Source: Cenococcum geophilum
Lineage: Eukaryota
NCBI GenBank assembly: GCA_050273025.1
Contig: CP158635.1
Span: forward strand, 20,646,001 to 20,710,000
Length of the DNA: 64,000 nucleotides
Reading direction: 5' to 3'
The notes under the pieces are model-generated. The model made no database searches. It had not been told where the DNA came from and saw only the letters and a list, made by a program, of their open reading frames with translations. The position numbers were made by a program, and so were the translations under genes. Positions within the stretch are counted from its first letter, which is position 1, and the number at the start of each line of letters is the position of its first letter. Shown here one piece after another: positions 25,201-39,500 of this stretch.

Positions 25201-28200
25201 TGAAAATAATAGAAATTAACGCGTGGATTCTTATGGAAATCAGGACCGTAAGGAGCTAGATACTTAAGGCGATAACGTAATTATAGTAAACACCTTTAAG
25301 ACTAATCCTCTACCTAGCCTTCCTATACTAGAATTAACGCTAGAGCCTTAATCGATTCCTACTAATATAGAATCCTTAAGCACCTCTAGATCCTCCGCTC
25401 CATTAACCCGTTAACGCCCCGGTTTTAAGTACATTAAAATTAACCTAGAGAAGTTAAGGAAGAAGGACTTAGCTAAGGTCTTTAAGGATAATATCATATA
25501 AGGAAGAAGATTAAAGAAGCCAATAAAGCGAAATAAGGCTTATTTAACTTATCTTAAGGAGGTGGATACCTTCCAACCGTTTTAAGTAGCCTTTTATATA
25601 GGGCTTAAATATTAAAGGAAAATACATCGCGATGAGCTTCTACCTCTACCTAAGAATTAGAAGGAGTTGCTAATTTACTAGTATAAGGCAGAGTTCTTAG
25701 CAGCCGCTATAAAGGAGTATATAGACCTAGACAATTATAGAACGTTTAAGGTTGTAGATAAGACACTATTAATTAAAACGGTACCTATTACCTAGGTATT
25801 TACCTATAAAATAAACACGGACGGATACCTAATAAAATTTAAAGCCTAACTTTATGTTAGAGGTAACCTATAAGAGTTAATCTATAAGGACACCTATGCA
25901 GCAACTTTAGTAGCTAGAGTCTTTAGAGCTCTCGCAGCAATTATTATAGCATTTAATTTGGACGTTTAGTAGGGTGACGCTATTAACGCGTTTATAAATA
26001 GCCTAATTAACAAGACAGTCTATATTAAGTGTTTAGATGGATTTGCTATTAAGGGCAAATGTTTACTACTATATAGAGCTCTCTATGGACTTCGATGATT
26101 GCCACGTCTTTAGTATAATAACTTTAGCAATTAACTTATTAAATTAGGGTTAAAACCCGTTAGTGGAGAGCCGTGTCTCTACCATAATAACTCACTAATT
26201 ATATTCTTCTACGTAGACGATATCTACGTTGCCTCTACTAGAGAAAATCGATTAGAGCTCTAGAGCTTTAAGAAAGCACTTATAAAGAAGTATAAGATAA
26301 AGGACCTAGGTAAACTATACTGGTTCCTAGGAATTTAAGTCTTAAGAGATAGAAGTTAAAGAAAGCTATAGCTCTGTTAAGACTCCTATATTAAGAAGAT
26401 TGCTAATGCATTTCACCTAACTAATATGCGCTTAGTTAGTATACCTATAAACACTAACAAGCTCCTACCTAACCCGGAGGAAGCTTTAAAGTAGGAGATC
26501 TACGTCTACTAAAGGATGGTCGGATTACTACTCTATATAACCTATATTATAAGACCTAATACAGCTAGAGCTTTAAGTAAGCTATTAGAGTTCCTATAAA
26601 ACCCCTTACCTTTTTACAACGCCGTAGCTTAATAAGCAATTGCATACCTATATTAGAATAGGACTTTGGCGATTAAATACTTAGGATAAAATATAGGAAG
26701 TTATGCCTTTATAGGGGTAAGTAATGCGGCGTTCGGAGACAATTTAATAAGTAGACGTAGTATAGAAGGATATTTGTTTACCTTATTCGGAGGAGTAATT
26801 AATTAACGCTCTATAAAGTAGACGCTAGTAATAAAGTTAAGTATAAAGGCAAAGCTTATGGCTCTATCCTATACAGGAACTAAGTTAATTTAGTAGAGTC
26901 GCTTCTTTAAGGAAATTAAATTGTCCTTAGATAAGGAATAAATAATTAGCTGCAATAATCTATAGACAATTAGACTACTTATAAAGGACAAATAAGAGCT
27001 CTTTATAAAGCTTTAATATATTAATATATACCACTATTGGCTATGCTAAGAGGTACGTGATAATTGAATTAGAATTAAATAAATACCTACTGCGGCTATA
27101 GTCGCAGACGGCTTAATAAAGGCCCTACCACGTTAGAGGCATAAAGGATTCGTTTAATAATTAAATCTCGTTAATATTAAGGATCAAATTTAATTTAATT
27201 TGGATAATATTTAGATAAGATAACTCTATAGAGGATTTCTTTAACTTAATACCAAATTAGTATTATGACTTTTTCTATTTTTTATTTAGCTGCTTAGTCT
27301 TAACTAAGTAGCTAGGGGGGTGTATTAAACATTAAGGTCACTGTTAAGTACCACCTTATAACTTACACCCTGTTTCTTGCCATTATATATCTTACTATCT
27401 ATTTTCTATTACCTATTCATTACCTATTACCAACTAAGTGGCAATGTCGACCTAGTAGCAATTAAGTAATAGTTCTAAATCGTCATCAGTGTCGTCGTTA
27501 GTGTCGTCGTCAGTCTTTTGCCCTAATGTTATATTGTGAGGGGATCTTATAGACAGGGGGCTATAAGGACACGATTGGAATAGGATAGATTGGTAAGAGA
27601 GACAAATCCTTAAGGAGGTAAGGCCTCTAGGATCGTGGAGACTATATACTACGGGCACGTGCCTTTAGTACGTGACCGGCGACCATCCAAGGGGCATCCG
27701 GGGGTTGTCCTAAGGGCAACCCGAGGTATCCGCAATAATATCCCTTACATTACCCCCCCCCTTCTTACGGTTGGCCCCCAATCGCCATTACCTTACGGTA
27801 GGGAGATTATAAGGGCTCGTCCTGGAAGAGGTTCGGAGAGATATTGGAGAGGTATTAGTATGCCGCTATATATTATCTATCTATCTAACCCCTACTTTAA
27901 ACTTCTAAAAAACCTTAATAAGGAAAAAATATAACTAGAGAAAAGACGTGAGGATTGCTAGGAGACCTATTAAAAGCCTACCGGAAGCATGCTGGTGACT
28001 ACTTAGGCTAATATAGGGATTTTTATACAACTCTACTTCTAAGCCTTTATGCCGGTCTGTAATTAATCACGAGTATTATAGGCAATTTAGTGTTCTAGTA
28101 TAATTCCATAGAACCTTTTAGTATGGGATTTAATGTATAGAGCCTTAGCTTACCGTTGTCTTTAACTGCTAAGATATGGTCTATAATTCTTTCTCATAAT

Positions 28201-31200
28201 CCTTTTCTTATAATCCTCTGCGTTACTGACGCATTGCTCCCACATTTGCCCTTAGGCTATTAGATGTAATTAAGATATTAATCAGTTAGTTAAAGAGACT
28301 TATCTCTTAAGATTTAATATATATGCTTTTAAATCTGGTGGTCCTGTGCTGTATATTTGGCGTAGCTCTACTACCTAGCAACTAGGGACATTTCGCGATA
28401 GCAATTGTAGCTATTATGCGATTGTTAAGAACGTTTATAACGTTGTTCTTTGATACTATAGTATTGTTTTAGGTATAATTTAACCCATATACGTCTTTAA
28501 TTTAATATCTTAATTGCCTTCCCCTAGCCGCGTAGTCAGTTTTTGTAAGGAAGTGATAGTTAAATAACTTATACGCGTGTTTCCTTCCTTCTAAATAACG
28601 CTATTATAACGGAGTTATATCGGCAAGGTTGCGGCTATTCACTAAAAGGGTATTAGAAGGTAAAGTATAAAGACACCTTGCTCATCGAGCTGCTCCTTTT
28701 CTTGAATACCTCACTTCTCGCCATCAACCGTCGTCCAATTTTAGACGTATCTTTAATATATTATTAAGATTTTCTTCTTTTTTATCAATAATTCAATATA
28801 CCTCTTTGTTCTCCTACTAACTGCTCTTCTAAGTAGATTCTACAGCGTATCCTAGCCTTGCCTTTGTATATAGAACCCTAACCTCCGCTAACTCGTAACT
28901 AGTGCTGGTCCTACCTAAATAATTTTGCCTATATATCTTTAAAAGACCAGAAATCTAATGATAGGATTCTAGAGGCTTATAACAAGACGCACTACATTAG
29001 ATCCAATACCTTTAGTCCTTATAATTAATGCATACGTACCAAAAGCGGCAGTTGTATTAAGGTAAGTTTTTCTATCCTTAATAGATTTCTATTACTAACT
29101 TTAAGCTTTAATAGCCTAGGCCTAAGTGGTGACGTTCCTTTAATGTCCTTGACTACTATATCGCCCGGGCTCTCTCTTATTCCAGCGTAAATGCTAAATA
29201 ACTTGGCCGAATTTAAGACTATGCTACGGCTATCTACACTACCTATAATTCCTAGTAAGCTAGCTAGTAACGCCTAATATGAGAGTAAGGTTAGTATACT
29301 GAGGATAGGGTAAGGGATAGGGGTGATGAGAAGAAGGTCGCTGTCTACTATAGGAAGGAGTTCGCGTATGTGCGTTAAGTTTTAAAAGAGCATAACATAA
29401 TACGGTATTAGGTAGGTTACCCTTTAGGTACCTAGTGGATAGGTAACTAACAGTTGCCGTAGCAAGGTCTTAGTAGTTCTAGACTATGCCAGCCAGCCAA
29501 CGTCTCTGTTCATTCTAGGCTTAAGCGTGTCTTTATTAACTATAAGCTTACGCTATAAGAGCTTTATTGGTATTGGTTTGGACCTAATATTAGTATTAAG
29601 CGTTTAAGAGTCTCTGCTTTATCTACACCTTATTGTCCTGCCCCTGTTTTTATGCCTACTTATATACCTACTAAGGGATCTGGATCCCATTCTTGTTAGC
29701 CATTACTTAGTAGCCCGATGGATATTAATCCTACTCCTAATGATAAGGCATAGTGGCTTTTTAGATTAGGCATTTATAGTTTAGACTTTTGGGATTCGTT
29801 CTTGTATATAGTAGCAATTAAGGACCTTAATTAGGTGCTTAGAAAGGCCTTATAAGGCTTTTAGAAAGGGCTTAGAAGCCCTAGGAACTATATTCCTAAT
29901 ATAGATTTATAAATAAGAATGCAATTCTAGTAAAATGCCCTATTAACTCTATGTTATATACGTGAAAAGGCTAAGGACCCGTCCTGCCTTGGGCCGTAGC
30001 CCTATCCCTATAGTTTCCGGAGCTTGTCCGTACTATATCCAATTTAACCTATTTACTCTTTAGGGCCTTTTGCGGCCTACTATAAGCTTTCTTCATAGGT
30101 TGCGATAACACCGTAGTATTAGAGCGCTTTCTGTGATTTGCAGATTGTGGACCTTAGTCCCAATATTCTTTTAGAATATCTTTATAATAATTAAGGTGAT
30201 CCTCTGGTTCCTATATAAAGTCCTTAGCGGGCCAACCTAGCCATTTAACTTCAAATTAAAGCTTGTTCTTGACAGATTTATAGCATAGTATAGCTTTAAC
30301 CTTATACCGCTCGCCCACTACCTTAGGGTGTTTAATTAGGCCTAGACGGAAGTTCTTTTCCGGCGGTGGTCTATACTATAGCTTTAGTAGGTTTATGTGA
30401 AACACTAGATATATATGGGCCATAGATAGGGGTAGCCGGAGACGGTAGGCTAGCTTACTAATTCGTTCCTTAATTTAGAAGGGACCTAGGTATCTTATAT
30501 TAAGCTTCTTTAATAGTTAATGGGTCTTAATATTTGTTAAATATAATAGAACCTTATCGCCTACTCTGAAATGCTTATCCTAGTGCTTGCGGTTGTACTA
30601 AAGTCTCTGCTACTCTTAGGTATCTTACAGGCTCTGCTTTACATACTTCCATTACTCCTCCTATTTTTAGAGGTATCCTTATACTCTCTAGTAGATGTCT
30701 TTGGACTTCCTAGTAGGGTCCTATAGCTAATTATGCGGCCTTAGCTAGTGATTATTAGGTATACTATTAAACCTGAATAGTTGGACGCTATAGGCAATCT
30801 GGATTGGTGCATACTTATATAATGCGTGTTGCTTTAAATTGTAAGCATACTCTGTGTACAGAAGTAGCTCGTACTAGTTGTCTTGCTAGTAGTTTAAATA
30901 CATTTATAGGTAAGACTCCAGTTCCTGGTTCTAGCGTTCCGTTTACTCATCCGTCTATAGGTGGAAAGCCGTACTATAACGGTGGTCTATCTTTAAATAG
31001 AAGTATAGATCCGACCAGTACTGACTTATAAAGACGCTGCCCCTATTAGTAATAATAGAGTATAGCTAATCTACTTTAAGAAAGCATTTCTCCTTAATTA
31101 GGTTGGTGAGCTTTTGTGTGTTGATTGTCTTGTTAATGGGAAGGTATTGGACGTACTTTGAAAACCTATTAATAAGTACGAGGACTAAATTGTATGTTCG

Positions 31201-34200
31201 TCCTTGGCCATTTTTAGATGGCGGGAGATCTGTAATGAAGTCTATGGCGTAATATTGCTATAGCTTACTGGCGGGGGGAACTGATTTAAGTAGACCCTAT
31301 GGCTTGTGCCTGCGGATCTTATATACTTAGCACTTCTCGTAATGGCTGATATACTCCTTTGCTTCCTAATTAAGCCTTAGCCAATAGTATTTGCGCTGAA
31401 GTAATTCCACTGTTTTTGCTTGACCATAGTGGCCGCCTAGAGGATTATTATAATTCTTTATAAGAATCTTCTATCGTAGATTTACTTTTTATAGCACCTA
31501 AACCTTACTACCTTTATACAGTAGGCCCATCGGGTCTAGTTCCCAATAGTAACGCTTAGCAGCTTTCTTTCCGTTACGTTTCCGGTCTACTTCCGTATTA
31601 AGAATGGCATAGGAAGCGTCCCTTCGTTATACCTTGCGGATGAGATCCGTTAACCCTTTAGATAGTTCCTAGGTGAAAGCTGTTTTATCCCATACTACTC
31701 CAAGTATAAGACTAGATGGTACTATAGATCTTGCAACTCTTTAATATGCGTATGTTAGGAAGGCCGCTATAAGGTTGAAGTCCTTTAGTTATTATAGGGC
31801 TCCAAGTTCTAATTGCTCTATGGCTTCGCTATTAGCTTAAGGGGATAGCTTAGCAATTAGGGATGGTATATTACTAGGTTCTAAGAATGTATTAGGGACG
31901 TCCTGTTTAGGTATATTTGGACCCTTATTAGCAACAGACCGGGTACTAGCTAGAATATTAGTAGAAACCGATAGGGCTTATACCGCCTAAGACTTGGTGT
32001 ATGGAGCTGTGGGTACTTAAACATCCTATACCTGGAGCTTGTTCTGCAATATAGGGAGTAAAATATCTATTATCTATTTTCCTTCTCCCGTTTTAAAGCC
32101 TTTGGTATAGTCTAGCTGTCGTGACAGTCCATTAGCAGGGTTATTTTCCCCTAGCTTGTATTTAATCTTAAAATTAAATCACGCGAGCTCCTCTGCCTAT
32201 CTGGCTTATTAAGGTATAAGCTCCTTTATAGTTATAAAGTAGCATAGATTATAGTAATCTAAGAGTATATGAGTGGTATAGCTTACGTGCTTAAGGTAGT
32301 GTCGCCACTATTTAAAGTAGTTAACTATAGCTAGCAGTTCCTTATCGTGGGTATAATACCTAACTTTAGGTCCCTAGAATTTTCTGCTATAAAATGCTAC
32401 TGGTCTCTAATAGAGCTGGGTAGCGTCCAGGTGCCTATTAGGTTGTAGTAGGATACTAGCGAGGGCAAAATTCGATACATTAGTAATTATTATTAATGGC
32501 TAATCTGGGTTGAAATGCCGTAGCAATAAAGCTTCTATAAACTTTACGCGAAGTTCCTAAAAGGCCTTTTAAACCTTTCCGGGCCATAACTATAGCTTAT
32601 ACTATTTAGTTAGTCCCTTCTTAGTTTTCTTCCTTGCCGCCTTTAAGCTTTTTACTTCTTAGGTTAGGTCTTAAAAAGCTTCCGTAATATAGTTAGATAG
32701 GTATTAGGTGACGTCTAAGTAGTTATATATAAAGCGCCTATAGAAATTAGCAAAGTTTAGAAACACTTAAATATCCTGGTAGCTCTCTGGCTCCGGCTAC
32801 TCCTAGATTATCTATACCCGTATTGGATCTATAACTACACCTATAGGCGTTACGATATAACCCAGGAACTTAACCTGCTTAGTGTTAAAGATATACTTTA
32901 ACGCCTTAGCGTAGAGGCCCCAATTATCTAAACGTTCCAGCACTTCGCGGACGTGTTGCTTATATTAATCCTCGTCTTCTAAGTAGATTAAGATGTTATC
33001 TAAATAGATGACGTATATGCGGTCGACTAGTCCCCCTAAGGCTCTGTGAATATATAATTGGAATATCGCAGGCGCATTAGCTAGCCCGAAAGGCATTATT
33101 AGATACTTAAAGTGGCCGTATTGGGTCTTAAAAGCGGTCTTTTACTTATCCCCTTCTTTAATACGGAGCCTATAATAGGCGTCTTATAGATCCAGCTTTG
33201 TGAAGATCTTCGCCCTAGATAGTTAATCCAGTATTTCACTAACTAGTAGTAGTAGGTAACGGTTCTTAATTATAATCTTATTAAGACCGCAATAGTTTAC
33301 GCATAGCCTTATGGTTCTATCTAGTTTTAAAATAAAGAGGATTGGTGCGCCTAACGGCAACTTACTAGGCTAGATCTACCCCTTTTCCAGTAACCTATTA
33401 AGGTACTCCCGTAGGATCTTAAGCTCTTTACGCGAGAGGTTATAAATAGGAAGGTTCGGTGGTTATTTGCCTTCTTCTAGATTAATTATATAATCGTACT
33501 CCGAGTTCTATAGTAGGACTTTAGCTCTCCTGCCCGAAAATACCCTTAGTAAGTCCCTTAGGCCTACTAGAATATTTAATAAATCGGGGTCGCGTTTGTC
33601 CTCCGCGTTATCGTCGGGTAGGTCTTAAAGCTCCCTCAGGATGCTCGCGGGCAGCGTCGTGCGCTGTAGTGGTTACTTATATATAGTTGCCACCGTATAT
33701 TAAACCGTTTTATGCGGTAGCCAGTAAAGGGTAAAGAACTCCTTAACGTAGCGTTTAAGGTGCCGTAGTATACTCTCCGTATATTGCTTAAGCTAGAGTA
33801 ACCCGTAGCGGTTAAAGTATCTTATAAGATCCTTAAGATCGCCGCCTCCCTATAATGTCTCCGCGGCCTATCTAGCAGTTCCCTATAGGGTCTCCATTAT
33901 AAAGGGGTTATTACCTATACTAGGCTCTATACCCATTTTATTATTAAATAGGGGTTAGATCTAATACTCCTTTAGGTATAGAGCGTACACTATTTCGCCT
34001 AGGGCTACATTCTCTAGGATGTCCTTTAGGCTTATTAGTAATATACGCCCTTCTAAATCTTTATCGTTCTACTATTTAAAGGCTCCAGTCTTAAAGCGTA
34101 TCTTAAAATCTACTTCCACTAGCTAAGGGTATCCGAGGATAAGGTTATAACCTACAAAATTAGCCGCCTAGAAGGGTTACGGGTTAACCACCTTAGTGCG

Positions 34201-36539
34201 GTTATATATATCGGCCACTAACACTATAAGCTTATGGGCACTATATAGTTTAATCTAATACTCATCCAGGAAGCCTATAATAGGTTTCCGCCACCTTTAT
34301 AATAGGATAAGTTTATGCTCTTTTACCAAATTATATTATATAAGATTAATTTCGGCGCCGCTGTTGTATAGTGCTTAGAACTATTATACCTTACCTATAG
34401 GGAGTGTTATTTCTAGCTTAACAGCAATACGGAGAGTCTCTCCTTCCGTATCTTGCCCTAGTTATAGCCAGAAAAAGTCCGTAACTAGGGCTTTTTTTTT
34501 TAGATTATTAGTGCGATTATTACCCTGCTTGTTTTTCTAATAGAATCTACCTCTAGAGTTTTCTCTTAACTTCTTAAAGTGTTCCCGTAAAGGTACCGAA
34601 TGGGTGTTGGGTTAGCCCTAGGAGTCTTTCCTATTATTTAAGGTTCCTAACTTTAACCCTTCTAAAGTTCTCTTTAAGAACGGCTTCTTTAAAGGTTAGG
34701 TCTGCCCTATATTACTACTAGAGTGCCTATACTTCTAGTAACCCCCTAGCTTCCTACCGGAAGAGGTCTGGTTCCTTACTATATCTTTAGCATTTAGAAC
34801 TACTCGTTTAAAATCCGCATATATAGTAATCCGCAATAGGGCTCCTACGCGCTTTATTTCGTCACAAATTGCTAGCTTAATTTTAGCCTAGATGAACCCA
34901 ATTTTCTCCTTTTTATAGATGCTACCGTCCTTGTTTTTAAAGGGCTTTAGATCTATCTACTAAGTATAAGTTTCTACAAAGTTTATAAACTGGCGGAAGT
35001 TATAGTGGTCTAGCTATGTCCCATTCCAGAATAGCTTTATATTATTATACTATACAATATACGGATCTTGAGTCCATTTCTTTAGGAAGGTTTGTAGCTA
35101 TAGCTATATAGTAATTTACTCTTTATTAAGCTAATTAAGTGCGATCTAGTTTAGCAATCGGTCTTTAATCTTACTGATAATCCAGCATATACGCTCTTTG
35201 GTATTATCTCGTATTATTAATATCTTAAAGAAGTTGTTTACCTTATAAACCCAATCGTCTAACTGCTGGGCGTTAGGTCTATAGCGGAGTTCTAAACTAC
35301 TAGAGGCCTTAGCCAGTTGGTCCATATCCTTTTTCTATTTATAGCGTAGATAACTCTCTAAGTCTTCTATACCTCCTTAGGTAGGTACTAGGTAGCTCCT
35401 AAGAAGCCCTTAGCCTTAACTAAGTTATAAAAGAATTTGCCTAGCTTAGATTAGACCCTACCAGATCTAGATTTGCCCTTAGAGGGTTCTAATATATTTA
35501 TTAATGGCTTCCTCCCGTATAGCTTCCGAGAGCCTTATAACAGCTTCCCAATATCTATCTTAAAGGAGATTGGTGTAGGGCTCTTAACCTTTTAAACTTA
35601 GGCCTAGGGAGGCTCCTGCTATAGAGGTAGTGTTGGTACCAGTAGCTAGTATAGGCTTCCCAATAAGGCTTGGGTTTTAAGTCAGTAATTAGCTTAGATT
35701 ACCTAAAGGGGTAGGCCCGCTTGGCTTATAAGCAGTTTATACACCGCCACTATACCGATTATAGGCCAGTAGTTTTTTGGGAGGGTTCCGGTTGGTTCCT
35801 TAATCGGACGCGTTAGTATATTCCTCTAGCATTTCTGGCTTAGGGGAAGATCTTAGAGTCGCCTCTGGCGCTTAATCTTTTAATTAGCCTAAGTGGGGCT
35901 AGAGGGGTTCCGGCTGCTTTCCCGCAGTATTATAACCGTTGTAAAGGGTATCTATATTTTCCTTAGCGTTGCCAGTAACCGTAGGTATACGAGAGTCTTT
36001 AAGCTCCTAGAGCATCTGGGTATTAGGGCTTATTTAGCCGTCTTACCCAGAGGGTTATATTGTCGCAATCTCTCGCTATTAAAGGGACCTTCCTGCCTTT
36101 ACGCGACGGCTTTCCATAAGGTATCCGTGGAGTTTCCATTTAGGTCATCGCGAGATTTTAAGGGAGAATAGTGGTTATAAACAAAAGATATAAACAAACA
36201 ATCTGGTCCTTAAAGCCGACTACCCTTCTAAAAAAGAGTAGGAAGGATTTAAATGTAAGGGGATCTTATAGACAGGGGGCTATAAGGACACAATTAGAAT
36301 AGAATAGATTAGTGAGAGAGACAAATCCTTAAGAAGGTAAGGCCTCTGGGATTGTGGAGACTATATACTACGGGCACGTGCCTCCGGTACGTAACCAGCG
36401 ACCATCTAAGGGGCGTCCGGGGGTTGTCCTAAGGGCAACCCGAGGTGTCCGCAATAATATCCCTTATATATATATATAGAGAGCTTCTAGAGCTAGCTTT
36501 AATCGATAAAGTTCTTATAAGTGACTTGTCCGTCCGACA
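22217..36539 (+). mobile_element. Ty1/Copia element F, complete; its 3' LTR is split by Gypsy G
   Basis: 5' LTR 22217-22494. 3' LTR starts 27323 and resumes after 36468. TSD GAATA (22212-22216, 36540-36544). Copia-type PBS remnant gttataagccc at 22495. LWHSRLG near 24176, FYVDDI near 26206, VADGLIKAL near 27100. Confidence 0.93.
27535..36468 (-). mobile_element. Ty3/Gypsy chromovirus G, complete, RIP-inactivated
   Basis: 215-bp LTRs at 27535-27749 and 36254-36468. TSD TATAT. G-rich PPT read as a C-run at 27753-27762. RT VIYLDNILIY near 33000. Chromodomain FEVKWLGWP...EPEDHL at about 30160-30310. Confidence 0.93.
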
Positions 36540-39500
36540 GAATATGGTAGAATTTGGTAGGTTATATAAGTCTACTAAGTTCCATTATAGCTTTTTACTG
36601 TTTTCTACTTGTTAGCTTACGGTCCGTAGAATAGGCCGTATAATGAGCCGTACGGCCTTTTAACGGGCTGTAGGCGTACCATAGGTACTCCGTTAGTCCC
36701 GTTTTACCTATTTTATAACTTTTAGGTTAAGCTTATTTGTGTTAATTAGGGTTTTAAGGGCTTAATACGGCTTTGCCTTAGTTATAGCGTCTACTAGGTT
36801 ATTTCCGCCGCTGATCTATTTAACCTCTATAATTTTACGTTGTTTATAGGCCTAACGTAAGTATATTAGGTTAACTATAAGCCTCTTTTTTTATATCGTA
36901 CCTAGTTTAACTAGGTAGTCGTAGAGGGACTTTAAATCAGTATATAAAACTAGGGGTAACTGCTCTAGTTATAGAATCTTCTAGACCGTTAATTTAATTG
37001 CGGCTGTTATATTAAATCTATAAGCTAGTGCATATAGTTTAGAAGCTAGTACATTACGGGTTACTTGTTTGCACTTAATTAAGGACTAGTATAGTATATT
37101 TACGTCTTAATTACGGTCTGTAAGTACAATTATAAAGCCGATTTGCGATAATAGGTCCCTATTATTGGTAAAGAAGGCGTCCGTAAATACTATTACGCTA
37201 ATAGAATTTAGGTCTAGCGGTATAAAAGTAAGTCCTCTTATCGCATTATTAATCTGCTATTAAATGCGCTTATTAAGCTGCTTAATATTTTCTTCTTATA
37301 GGTCTACTGCCTAGGCCGTAAAGGATAAGTTATAGGCAGATTTAGGTTAGCAGACTATGGCAATATAGGCGCCTCTTACACGCTATATAGCGTATTGGTC
37401 CTTTATATTTACGGTCTTATAGGTCTCTCCGTAGGAACTAGTAAGGTCCGTAGGCTTTGCTATAATAAGCTTTAGGTTTTAAGCTTAGCGTTCCTAGGTT
37501 AGCTAAATTAAGTTGCTCTTTTATATAATTAAGCCTCTGTTAAACTTAATTGGAGTCTACTTAGTTAACTGCTCTCGCGGCTTTACTAGGAACTTAGCTT
37601 CTTATAGTTTAGTCTCTTTAGCGTCCGCAAATATCCGGTCTGCTAAGAAGAGGGTATTATTTATTTAGAGTCCAATAATACTAAGGCCGTTTAATAGGGT
37701 GTATAGGAGGTAAGGGTTATAGGTTAACTGCTCTATTTTAAGTTTATAGACGTAGTACTAGTAGTATATCTTAAACCAATGGTTTCTAGCTTCTAGTACT
37801 CTATAGAGTAGTTTTATAACCTATAAAATTATTTCTAGTTATAAATTAAGCTCTAGTGGTGGTTATATAAAGATATCCCTACTTAGGTAGGTATTAGATT
37901 ATATGTAGGCTTATAAGATATCCTATAGGTAAAGAGTTATAGGTTTACTTTGCTATAGGCCGGGCGTAAGTACAAATATAATCTGTTAGCTGACTTGTTA
38001 AATTGTAGGCGATTACATAAGGACTAAGCCCTTTCCTTAGTCGTTGTAGGCTTGTATAATAAGCCTTAATTTTTTAAAAGCTTTATTAGTACTAGGGTGC
38101 TTAATTTTGTCGATAAAGCGTAAATTAAATATACGGGCGCCTTACAGAACGTCTCTTTCCATTATAACTATAAAGACACCCTTTTTAAGTAGTCTATTAA
38201 TTTCTTTATGTTGTAAGTCCGTAAACGGGGTTTCCTATACTAGAACTAATATATCTGTAGGCGGAGATTGCCTTGCGGATATTCCTATGGAGGTTAGGTA
38301 ATTTTTTATTATGGGGTTTTTAGTTATAGGGTGCTTTTAGGGGCGTCCTTAACTACGCTTTATAGGTTTAATAGGTTTAGTAAGTTTCTAGGAGACTTCT
38401 AAGGTAGGTAGGGGTGCTTTTAGTTTATCTAGTTTAACGGGTGTTTCCAGTTTATCTAGCTTAATGTTATAATTATCTTCGGGCCGAAAGTAGGGTTTTA
38501 TGGACGTGCTTCTAAAGCTAGTTGGCCTACTAGGGAGTTATACGCAGTACGTCTCATTTTCTACGGCTAGTAGGCAATAAGGTCCATTCTAATTACCGCT
38601 TTTACGCTATATAAGGACTTTAGAGTTAAGTAAAAGGTCGTGTACTAGGGTTGTATTAGGTCCGTTACGGTGGTATAGAGCGTTATTAATAGTTTATTTA
38701 GCCCGTAGCTTAACTATCTTAGCTATTACCTTTTGTATTACGGCTGCTCGTTCCGTAATAGACGGGGTAGGAAGATCCAGTTTGCTTATCCTTAGGTAGG
38801 CTCTATAGACTAAGAGGGTAGGTACTAGTCCGTCCAGGCTAGCAGTGTTATTAATAGCTTTTACGGCCATCTATAGAGCTAGTTCCTTTTAAATATCCTT
38901 ATACTTGTCCGTAATAATCTAGTAAGCTCTCTATAGAGCTAGGTAAGCTCGCTTAATAAGCCTAACAGACTAGTACGCCTTAACTAGAACAGCTTTTGTT
39001 AATATAGCTATAGCTATAGTATACTACTAGAATTCCTTACTAATAAAGTTCCTATTAGCGTTATAGGTAATATACTGCGGAGGTCTAACGTATGTGTTAA
39101 TCTAGCAGGTCCGTAAAATATCCTAAGTGTATTTTATAGATATGTTTTACAACTAACGGGCGGCTTAATAGCGGGTTGCCTTGTCGATTATATATAATAC
39201 TAAACTGCCGTTAATGTATATAATGTCTATATACACTAAGTGGTTAAAGTTAAGGTCCTTATAAAGGGTGAACTTAAATCGGCCTAGGGAACGTCTGTAT
39301 TTCTAGCAGAAGGAGCAGTATTTAGTTAGGTAATTAACTACCTTCCTATTAACGTCGTTATGTCTAGAGCGTTTAAGGACTTTATATAGCTTTTTGGCTA
39401 ACAGGTAGCCGAAACGGCGGTATAGACGGTAGATCTCCGTACTAGTAAGGTAGCACGGGTTATAGTTAAAAGATTCCTAAATGTAGGTCCGTAAGGTCTC

